Below are positions 49,736 through 60,731 of a stretch of DNA of 64,000 nt, one piece after another. Position 1 is the stretch's first letter; each line of letters opens with the position of its first letter. A program made the position numbers and the translations under genes. The DNA lies in assembly GCA_030390025.1 (NCBI GenBank), contig CM059431.1:150848001-150912000 (forward strand). The letters are read 5' to 3'. This DNA comes from Squalus acanthias. Its lineage: Eukaryota. The notes under the pieces are model-generated. The model had not been told where the DNA came from. It was given only the letters and a program-made list of their open reading frames with translations, and did not search any database.

Positions 49736-50570
49736 ATGGATGTCTTGCTGCAGTTGTACAGGGCCTTGGTGAGACAACACCTTTAGTAATGTGTGCAGTT
49801 CTGATCGCCTTATCTGAGAAAGGATGTTCTTGCCATGCAGGGAATGCTGCGAAGATTGACCAGTCTGTTACCTGGGATGGTAGGTATGACGTATGAAGAG
49901 AGATTGTGATGTGGAGATGCTGGTGTTGGACTGGGGTGGATACATGTGAGAAGTCGCACAATACCAGGTTATAGTCCAACAGCTTTATTATAAATCACAA
50001 GCTTTCAGAGCGCTGCTCCTTCGTCAGGTGAAGTGAACCTGACGAAGGTGTAGCGCTCGGAAAGCTTGTGATTTCTAATAAAGCTTTTGGACTATAACCT
50101 GGTGTTGTGCGATTTCTCACATTTGTAGAGAGATTGGGTCGATTAGGCTTATATTCGCTGGAGTTTTGAAGAATTAGAGGGGATCTCATTGAAAATTATA
50201 ACATTCTAACAGGACTAGACAGACTAGATGCAGGAGGGATGTTAGCGATGGTGGGGGAGTCCAGAACCAGTGGTCACATTTTAAGGATAAGGGGTAAGCC
50301 ATTTTGCACTGAGATGAGGAGGAATTTCTTCATACAGAGAGTGGTCAACCTGTGGAATTCACTACCACAGAAGGCAGTTGAGGTCAACTCATTAAATACC
50401 TTCAAGAATGAGTTACATATATTTCTTAAGGCTAAAGGGATCAAGGAATATGTAGAGAAAGCAGGGACAGGGTACTGAATTTGCATGATCAGCCATAATC
50501 TCATTAAATAGCGGAGCAGGCTCGAGGGTCCGAATGTCCTACTCCTGCTCCTATCTTCTATCTTTCTATG
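49736..50570 (+). mobile_element. CR1 3' fragment interrupted at 49907-50126
   Basis: ggatgtcttgctgcagttgtacagggcc...; FFIQRVVNLWNSLP. Confidence 0.9.
49907..50126. mobile_element. 220-bp Penelope-terminus fold-back insertion with back-to-back hammerhead-like motifs (49995-50031 -, 50035-50071 +)
   Basis: 10-bp TSD agagagattg (49897-49906, 50127-50136); about 85-bp inverted arms centred near 50033. Confidence 0.9.
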
Positions 50571-52753
50571 TAGGAGAACATTTTGGTGACAGTTGACCAT
50601 AATTCGGTGAGATTTAAGGTAATCATAGAAAAGGACAAAGATGGACCGGAAATAAAGCTTCTAAATTGGGGGAATGCCGATTTTAATATGATAAGGCAGG
50701 ATCTGATCAAGGTGGACTGGGATTAGCTACATTTAGGAAAATCCACATCAGAGCAGTGGAAGACCAACAAGGCCAGGGAACCTTTGATTTCAACGGATAT
50801 ACAAGAATGGATTCGGAAAAAAGGGAGGCTCTTGGCAGATACAAACGACAAAAAACAGTGGAATCCCTAGAGGAGTATAGAAAGTGCAGGGAGGTACTTA
50901 AAAATGAAATTGGATACCGAAGAGTGCATGAAAAAACGTTGGCGGGCAAAGTGAAGGAAAATCCCAAGTTGTTTTATAAGTATATTAATGGCAAGAGGAT
51001 AACCAGGGAAAGAGTAGGGCCCATTAAGGACCAACGTGGCAATCTAGTGTGCAGTGCCGGAGAATGTAGGTGAGGTTTTAAATAATTATTTTGTATCTGT
51101 GTTCCTGTGAGAAGGACGATGTAAGAATGAAAATCTGGCAGGGGGATTGTGATATACTTGAACAAATTAGCATTGAGAGGGAGGAGATACTTGCGGTTTT
51201 AGCTGGCTTAAAAGTGGATAAATCCCCAGGTCCAGACTGCTGTGTGAGGCAAGGGTGGAGATTGCAGGGGCTCTGACACAAATTTTCACAACCTCTCTGG
51301 CCACAGGGGAGGTGCCAGAGGACTGGAGGACAGCTAACTTAGTACCATTATTTAAGAAGGGTAGTAGGGATAAAACAAGGAATTACAGTCAAGTGAGCCT
51401 AAAATCAGTGGTAGGGAAATTATTGGAAAACATTCTGAGGGACAAAATTCGTCTCCAATTGGAGAGGCAAGGATTAATCAAGGATAGTCAACATGCTTTG
51501 TCAGGGGGAGATCAAGTCTAACCAAATTGATAGAATTTTTCGAGGGGCTGACTAGGTGTCTGGATGAGGTGAGTGCAGTTAATGCAGTCTTCATGTACTT
51601 CAGTACTGCTTTTGAAAAGTCCCGCATGGGAGACTGGTCAATAAGGTAAGAGCTAATGGGACCCAGAGCAATTTGGCACATTGGATCCAAAATTGGCTTA
51701 GTGGCAGGAGGCAGAGAGTGATGGTCGAAGGTTGTTTATGTGACTGCAAGACTGTGTCCGGTGGTGTACCGCAGGGATCGGTGCTGGGTCCTTTGCTGTG
51801 TGTAGTTTACATTAATGATTTAGATATGAATGTAGGAGGTATGATCAGTAAGTTCGCAGATGACACGGACATTGGTGGAGTGGTAAATAGCGAGGAGGGA
51901 AGTCTCAGGCTACAGGACGATATAGACGGGTTGGTCAGATGGGCAGAACAGTGGCAAATGGAATTTAACACTGAAAAGTGTGAGATGATGCATTTTGGGA
52001 GAACTAAGAAGGCAAGGGAATAAACTATGAATGGTAGGACCCTAGGAAGGACAGAGGATCAGAGGGACCTTGATGTGCATGTACATAGATCCCTGAAGGC
52101 AGCAGGACAGGTAGATAAGGTGGTTAAGAAGGCATATGGGATACTTGCCTTCATTAGCCGAGGCATAGAATATAAGAGCAGGGAGTTTATAATGGAGCTG
52201 TACAAAACGCTAGTTGGGCCACAGCTGGAATACTGTGAAAGAATGTGATTGCATTATAGAGGGTGCAGAGGAGATCCATCAGGATGTTACCTGGGCTGGA
52301 ACGTTTCAGCTATGAAGAGAGTCTGGACAGACTGGGGTTCTTTTCCTTGAAGCAGAGAAGGCTGAGGGGGGACCTGATTGAGTTGTACAAAATTATGAAG
52401 GGCATGGATAGGGTAGATAGAACGGAACTTTTACCCTTAGTAGAGGGGTCAATAACAAGGGGCATAGTTTGAAGTTAAGGGGCAGGAGGTTTAGAGGGGA
52501 TTTGAGGAAAAACCTTTTCACCCAGAGGGTGGTTCGAATCTGGAACTCACTGCCTGAAAGAGTGGTAGAGGCCGGTCCCTCACAACATTTAAAGAAACAT
52601 TTAGATAAGCAGTTGAAATGCCATAGCAAACAAGGCTACGGATCAAGTGCTAGAAAATGGGATTAGAATAGATAGTGCTTGATGGCCGGTGCGGACACGA
52701 TTGGCCGAAGGGCCTCTTTCTGTGCTGGAAAACTCTATGACTCTATGACTCTA
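50571..52753 (+). mobile_element. CR1 ORF2 (endonuclease end to tail), decayed
   Basis: KVDKSPGPD, WRTAN..PLFKKG, GVPQGSVLGPLL, KFADDT; tail (actctatg)n. Confidence 0.93.
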
Positions 52754-54026
52754 TCTGGTCGGGTCCCATTCCCCGAAGTGATTAATGAGCAGGAGAGATT
52801 AGAGTTTCTTTAAAAGAATGACACGAAAATCACTTTGATGTGAGGCCGAAATAGTACAGTTGGGATTCGGCGGCTTATAGATATTTTGTGTCTCTTTCTT
52901 TGGGTCCTTTTCTCGAACTTTCAATTTAAACTGACGTATTTTATTCGCCACTGAAGTGTTGGGTTTGAATAGAGAGAGAGATCAAGGATGAAAACTAATT
53001 CCATTGGCTGCATTTCGCTTTTAATTCTCTGTCTCCTTCTGCCCCTTTCACTGGTTTTTGTCCATCTCGGTGCCGGGTGAACATTTGATTTGATGCATTT
53101 GTCCTAACCTGATGCCTTTTACACATCTCGGGGCGGTCAGACACGCTCTGTCTGTCTGTTACTGCTTGTGACCATTAACGGGAACAGGCCGCGAGTTAAA
53201 CGTTTATCAGCAAACCGAAGAAAGACAAATAAACAGAAAGATGTGTTGCCCCGCCCAGTGCAAAGGTGAAATGGATGTTATTGAAAATAATTTCCCCAGA
53301 ACAGTTTGTGTAGATTTTTTGTAAAGTCTGGATTTTCATTGTTAGGAGAAACCGAAAAGGTAAGAAATAAACTGCTGATGATTCGTCCAGCGATATTAGC
53401 ACCACGCTCTCAATAACTGTGAGAAAAGCTGCCCGGATTGTCAGAGCCCCGCGCTGGGCGGTTTGTGTTTTACTTCTCACACTGGGTCACAGAGTTATTG
53501 TACAGACAATGAACACACCACAACCCTTATAAATTATTCCGATATAAAATAATCACCGTTCGATAAAAACCGAGAATGTAAATCGAAAGTAACAGAAAAA
53601 GAGCACTTAATTGTGAAAAGAATGATTGCACCAACAGTGAAGGGGGATCTGCCGGCCTCCGCCATTCTAATCCTGTGAATGTGGGAGTTTGGTTTGGGCA
53701 GAGGTTTGATTGTGACGACAAGAACACCGCCACCCCTCCCCCCGCCCCCGCACCACTCACACACACACACACACCATCCATGTTAAACCTGAAAAGTGTC
53801 TGGCAAAAATTCGGAACAGGCGGGGAGGAAGTAACCCTTCGGAGAGGTTTGTGTTTCTGAATCCCAAACCCTTCTGGCTCTTTTGGACATGTCCCCATAA
53901 TTGTGCCAGAGGTAAGTTGTGACATTATTCACAAAATGTTTTAAACGGCTAGCTTACGTTGTGGTCCGCAAAAGCTATTGATGACGATGTGGTGGTCCAC
54001 ATAAAGGAAAAGTTTGGGAATCGCTG

Positions 54027-54655
54027 TTGTAGATGGTACACACTGCAGCCACGGTACGCCGGTGGTGGAGGGAGTGAAAGTTTAAGGTGGTGGATGGGGT
54101 GCCAATCAAGCGGGCTGCTTTGTCCTGGATAGTGTCGAGCTTCTTGAGTGTTGTTGGAGCTGCACTCATCCAGGCAAGTGGAGAGTATTCCATCACACTC
54201 CTTACTTGTGCCTTGTAGATGGTTGAAAGGCTTTGCGGAGTCTGAGGTGAGACACTCGCCGCAGATTACCAAGCCTCTGACCTGCTCTTGTTGCCACAGT
54301 ATTTATGTGGCTGTCTAAATTAAGTTTCTGGTCAATGGTGACCCCCAGGATGTTGATGGTGAAGGATTCGGCGATGGTAATGCCATTGAATGTGAAGGGG
54401 AGGTGATTAGACTTTCGCTTGTTGGAGATAGTCATTGCTTAGCACTTCCGTGGCGCGAATGTTACCTGCCACTTATCAGCCTAAGCCTGTACGTCGTCCA
54501 GGTCTTGTTGCATGAGGGCATGGGCTGCTTCATTATCTGTGGAGTTGTGAATGGCGCTGAACACTGTGCAATCATCAGCGAACATCCCCATGTCTAACCT
54601 TATGTTGGAGGGAATGTCATTGATGAAGCAGCTGAAGATGTTTGGGCCTAGGACA
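54027..54655 (-). mobile_element. Fragments of the second LINE lineage (RT C-terminus and pre-RT)
   Basis: MEYSPLAWMSAAPTTLKKLDTIQDKAARLI; INILGVTIDQKL. Confidence 0.8.
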
Positions 54656-54656
54656 C

Positions 54657-57043
54657 AGGATTACTGATCGTGAATCTACTCTAACATTACTGGTGGTGAC
54701 ACTGCTCTAACTCTACTGGTGGTGAATCTACTATAATATTACTTGTGGTGACTATACTCTAACATTACAGGAGTGTGATTCGACTCTAACATTACTGAAG
54801 GTGACACTACTCAAACATTAATGGTAGTGAATCTGCTCTAAAATTACTGTTGGTGACTCTACTCTAACATTAGTGGAGAATCTAATCGAACATTACTGGT
54901 GGAGATCCTAGTCTAACATTACTGGTGGTGATCCTTATCTAAAATTACTGGTGGTGAACCTGCTCTAACATTAATGGTGGTGATCCAATTCTAACCTTAC
55001 TGTTGATGAATCTGCTTTAACATTAGTGGTGGGTTCTCAAGCCTACAATACTGTTGGTTACCATTCTATATTTGTATTGGTAATAATCTACTCTAACATT
55101 ATAGGTGGTGCCCAACTCTAACATTACTGGTGGTGAATCTACACTGTCGTTACTGATGGCGAAGCTAATCTAACATTACTGGTTACAAAGCTAACCGAAC
55201 ATTACTGGTGGTGACCCTATTGTTACATTACTGGTGGTAACCATACTCTAACATTATTGTTGGTGACGCTACTCTAGCATTATTGGTGTTGCCCTACACT
55301 AACATTATTGGTGTTGCCCTACCCTAACATTATTGGTGGTGACCCTACCCTAACAATACTGGTGGTGACCCTACTCTGACATTACGTGTGGTGACTCTAC
55401 TCTAACATTATTGTTGGTGAACCTACACTAACATTGCTGATTGTGACTCTACTGTAATATTACTAGTGATGACTATATTCTAACATTTCTGGAATGTGAT
55501 TCTACTCTATCATTACTGGTGGTGAATCAACTCTAACATTACTGGAGATAACCCTACTCTAACATTAGTGGTGGTGACCTTCTCTAACATTACTGGTGGT
55601 GACCTTACTCTAACAATACTGGTGTTGACACTACTCTAACATTAGTGGAGAATCTAATCTAACATTACTGGTTATGACCCTTCTCTAACATTGCTGCTGG
55701 TGATCTTATTCTAACATTACTGGTGGCGAATATACTCTAAGATTACTGGTGGTGAATTGAATCTAACATTACTGGTGGCGACTCTACACTAACATTACTT
55801 GTCGTGAATCTACTCTAACTTTGCTGCTGGTGACCCTATTCTAACATTACTGGTCGTGAGCCTACTCTTACATTAGTGATGAATCTAATGTAACATCACT
55901 GGTGGTGAAGCTACTATAAAATTACTAGTGGTGACCCTATTCTAATATTACTGGTGGGGTCCCTACTCTAATGTAAGTTGTGAATCTAATCTAACATTAA
56001 TGGTGTTGAACAATCTCTAACATTACTAGTGATGACCCTACTTTACCATTACTGGTGGTGATCCCACTGTAATATTGTTGGTGGTGCCGCTTATCTAACA
56101 ATACTGGTGGTGACCCAAATGTAACATTACTGTTGGAGACCATACTCGAACATTACTGGTGCTGATCATACTCTAACATTACTGGTGGTGACCCAACTCT
56201 AACGGTACTGGTGGTGACACTGCTCTAACATTACTGGTGGTGACCATACTCTAACATTATTGCTGGTGACTCTACTTTAACATTATTGATAGTGAACCTT
56301 CTCTAACATTACTGGTGGTGAACCTACACTAACATTACATGTGGTGACTGTACTTTAACATTACTGAAGTGTGATTTTACTCTAACATTACTGTTGATGA
56401 ATTTACTCTAACATTACTGGTGGTGAATCAAATCTAAGATTACTGGTGGTGACCCAACTCTAACGTTTTTGGTGGAAATCATTCTCCATCATTATGGGTG
56501 GTGACACTATTCTAACATTATTTTTTGTGCACCTGCTCTAACATTACTGGTGTTGACCCTACTCTAACATTACTTGTAGTGACCCTACTTTAATATTACT
56601 GGTGGTGAACCTAATCTAATTTTAATATTGGTGAGCCTATTCTAACCTTTCTGTTGATTACTCCGCCTTTACATTACTGGTGGTCACTCTGCTCTACCAT
56701 TACTGGTGGTTATCGTTCTCTAAATATACTGGTGCTAACCTACTGTAACATTATTGGTGGTGACCCTACTCTAACATTACTGGAGGTGACCCTAATCTAA
56801 CATTACTTGTGGTTACCCTACTCTAACATAACTGGTGGTGAATCTACTCTAACTTTACTGGTGGTGACCCTACTCTAACAATACTGGTGGTGATCCGACT
56901 CTAACATTAGTGGAGGTGACCCTAATCTAACATTACTTGTGGTTACCCTACTCTAACATAACTGGTGGTGAATCTACTCTAACTTTACTGGTGGTGAATC
57001 TAATCTAACAATCCTGGTGGTGAACCTAGTCTAAATTAGTGGT
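54657..57043 (+). repeat. 26-bp satellite array
   Basis: Period check: tgacccta at 56761 and 56787. Confidence 0.95.
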
Positions 57044-58903
57044 CATGATGTGGAGATGCCGGTGTTGGACTGGGGTGGGCAATAATGAGAAGTCGCACAA
57101 CACCAGGTAAAAGTCCTACAGTTTTATTTGAAATTATGAACTTTCAGAGCTCTGCTCCTTCGTCAGGTAAAGTGAGGGAATACAAATCGATTACAATGTA
57201 TATATCGACAGAGAACAATGTGTCTGCAGAGATAAAATCCGTCAGGGAGGCATTACATCAAAGAAACAGCAGAGTACAGCAAAGACAATGTGGTGGGTCA
57301 CAGGGGGTCCAACGTGTCAAATGCTGCAGTCTGCAGTTAAGCTTTTAACTTTTATTTAAAAAGTAGAATTCACACCTGTGAACCAGACAACGATGTCGAG
57401 TCACGTTCTGCAGCGTGACATGAAACCGAGATTCCGGTTGAGGCCGTCCTCATGGGTGCTGAACTTGGCTATCAGTTTCTGCTGGATGATTTTGCGTTGT
57501 CGTGTGACGAAGGCCGCCTTGGAGAACGCTAAACCGCATATCCGAGGCTGAATGTCCTTGACTGCTGAATTGTTCCCCGACTGGAAGGTAACAATCCTGC
57601 CTGGCGATGTTGTGCGGTGTCCGTTCATACGTTTTCTCAGTGTCTGCATGGTCTCGCCGATGTACCATGCTGCGGTGCATTCTTTCCTGCAACGTATGAG
57701 GTAGACAACGTTGGCCGATTCACATGAGTATGTGCCATGTACCTGGTGGGTAGTGTCCTCACGTGTGATGATGGTATCTGTGTTGATGATCTGGCATGTC
57801 TTGCAGAGGTTACCGTGGCAGGGTTGTGTGGTGTCGTGTTCGCTGTTCTCCTGACAGCTGGGTAATTTGCTGCGAACGATGGTACTTTTGAGGTTAGGCA
57901 TCTGCTTGAAGGCGAGTAGTGGAGGCGTGGGGATGGCCTTAGCAAGGTGTTCGGCGTCATCGATGACATGTTGAAGGCTGCAAAGAACGTGGCGTAGTTT
58001 CTCCGCTCCGGGGAAGTACTGGACGACGTCGGGTACTCTGCCTTTTGGGTCAAATTTCACCTTCAAGAGGTCTATGCGATTTTTCGCTGTGGCCTGTCGG
58101 AACTGTCGATCGACGAGTCAAGCGTCATATCCCGTTCTTACGAGGGCCTCTTTCAGCGTCCGTAGGTGTCCATCGCGTTCCTTCTCGTCTGAGCAGATCC
58201 TGTTTATTCGCAGGGCTTGTCCATAGGGGATGGCTTCTTTAACATGGTAAGGGTGGAAAGTGGAGAAGTGGAGCATCGTGAGTTTGTCCGTGGGCTTGCG
58301 GTAGAGTGAAGTGCTGAGGTGTCCGACTTTGATGGAGATTCATGTGCCAAGAATGAAACCGATTCTGAGGAGTAGTCCATGGTGAGTTTGATGGTGGGAT
58401 GGAACCTGTTGATGTTATTCTGTAGTCCTTTCAGTGATCCTTCGCCGTGGATCCAAAGGAAGAAGATGTCGTCGATGTATCAGGTATACAGCGTTGTTTG
58501 GAGGTCCTGTGCAGCGAAGAAGTCTTGCTCGAACTTGTGCATGGAGATGTTGTCGTATTGGGGTGCGAATTTGGTCCCCATGGCTGTTCTGTGTGCTGGG
58601 TAAAAAACTGGTTGTCGAAGGTGAAGACATGGTGGTCAAGGATGAAGCGGATGAGTTGCAGGATGACGTCTGAAGATTGGCTGTTGTTGGTGTTGAGTAT
58701 TGAGGCTGTCGCAGCGATGCCGTCATCGTGGGGGATATTGGTTTAGAGTGCTGATACGTCCATCGTGGCGAGGTGTGTTCCTGGTTCAACTGTTCCATGG
58801 ATGCTGAATTTCTGTAAGAAGTCTGTAGTGTCGCGACAGAAGCTGTGGGTTCCCTGTACGATGGGTTTCAGGATGCCCTCGACGTACCCAGAGAGTTACT
58901 CAC
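57044..58903 (-). mobile_element. Penelope-like element, left arm of the palindrome (RT C-half, GIY-YIG, complete terminus; degenerate hammerhead 57134-57170)
   Basis: ORF 57401..58066 NVVYLIRC...AWYIGET...GLN; reverse complement of 22960-24817. Confidence 0.95.
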
Positions 58904-60731
58904 CTGTGTGAGAACCTCTCTGGGTACATCGAAGGCATTCTGAAACCCATAGAGCAGGGAACACCCAGCTTCTTTCGCGACACTACAGACTTATTACAGA
59001 AACTCAGCACCCATGGACCAGTTGAACCAGGAACACTCCTCGCCACGATGGACGTCTCGGCACTCTACACCAGTATCCCCCACGATGACGGCATCGCTGC
59101 GACAGTCTCAGTACTCAACACCAACAACAGCCCATCTGCAGACGCAATCCTACAACTCATCCGCTTCATCCTTGACCACAATGTCTTCACCTTCGACAAC
59201 CAGTTTTTTCCCAAACACACGGAACAGCCATGGGGACCAAATTCGCACCCCAATACGCCAACATCTTCATGCACAAGTTCGAGCAAGACTTCTTCGCTGC
59301 ACAGGACCTCCAACCAACGCTGTACACCAAATACATCGACGACATCTTCTTCCTTTGGACCCATGGCGAAGGATCACTGAAAGGACTACACGATAACATC
59401 AACAGGTTCCATCCCACCATCAAACTCACCATGGACTACTCCTCAGAATCGGTTTCATTCTTGGATACACGAATCTCCATTAAAGACGAACACCTCAGCA
59501 CTTCACTCTACCGCAAGCCCACGGACAACCTCACGATGCTCCACTTCTCCAGTTTCCACCCTAACCACGGTGAAGAAACCATCCCCTATGGACAAGCCCT
59601 GCGAATGAACTGGATCTGCTCAGACGAGGAGGAACGCGATGGACACCTACGGACGCTGAAAGACGCCCTCGTAAGAAAGGGATATGACGCTTGACTCGTC
59701 GATCGACAGTTCCGACGGGCCACAGCGAAAAGTCGCATAGACCTCCTCAGAAGGCGAACACGGGACAAAACCAACAGACTACTCTACGTCGTCCAGTACT
59801 TCCCCGGAGCGGAGAAACTACGCCATGTTCTTCGCAGACTTGAACATGTCATCGATGACGACGAACATCTTGCTAAGGCCATCCCCACGACTCCACTACT
59901 CGCCTTCAAACAGCCGCCTAACGTCAAAAGTACCATCGTTCGCAGCAAATTACCCAGCTGTCAGGAGAACAGCGACCACGACACCACACAACCCTGTCAC
60001 GGCAATCTTTGCAAGACATGCCAGATCATCAACACAGATATCATCATCACACGTGAGGACACTACCCACCAGGTACATGGTACATACTCATGTGACTCGT
60101 CCAACGTTGTGTTCCTCATACGTTGCAGGAAAGAATGCACAGCAGCATGGTACATCGGCGAGACCATGCTGACACTGAGACAATGTATGAACGGACAACG
60201 TGCAACAATCACCAGGCATGATTGTTACCTTCCAGTCGGGGAACACTTCAGCGGTCAAGTACATTCAGCCTCGGATCTGCAGGTTAGCGTTCTCCAAGGC
60301 GGCCTTCGAGACACACGACAGCGCAAAATCATCCAGCAGAAACTGATAGCCAAGTTCCACACCCATGAGGAAGGCCTCAACTGGGATCTCAGTTTCATGT
60401 CACGCTACAGAACGTGACTCGACATCGTTGTCTGGTTCACAGGTTTGATTTCCACTTTTTAAAAAAAAGTTAAAAGCTTAACTGCAGACTGCAGCATTTG
60501 ACACGTTGGACCCCCTGTGACCCACCTCATTGTCTTAGCTGTACTCTGCTGTGTCTTTGATGTAATGCCTCCCTGACAGATTGTATCTCTGCAGACACAT
60601 TGTTCTCTGTCTATATATACTTTGTAATCGAGTTGCATTCTCTCACTGTACCTGACGAAGGAGCAGAGCTCCGAAAGCTCGTAATTTGAAATAAAACTGT
60701 TGGACTATAACCTGGTGTTGTGCGAATTCTG
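58904..60731 (+). mobile_element. Penelope-like element, right arm of the palindrome
   Basis: MDVSALYTSIPH, MGTKFAP, KYIDDIF, WYIGET; TSD aattagtggt (57034-57043, 60732-60741) encloses both arms. Confidence 0.95.
60648..60684 (+). ncRNA. Minimal type I hammerhead ribozyme-like motif (C at the predicted cleavage site)
   Basis: gtac CTGACGA A ggagc-aga-gctcc GAA AGCT C gtaa. Confidence 0.7.
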
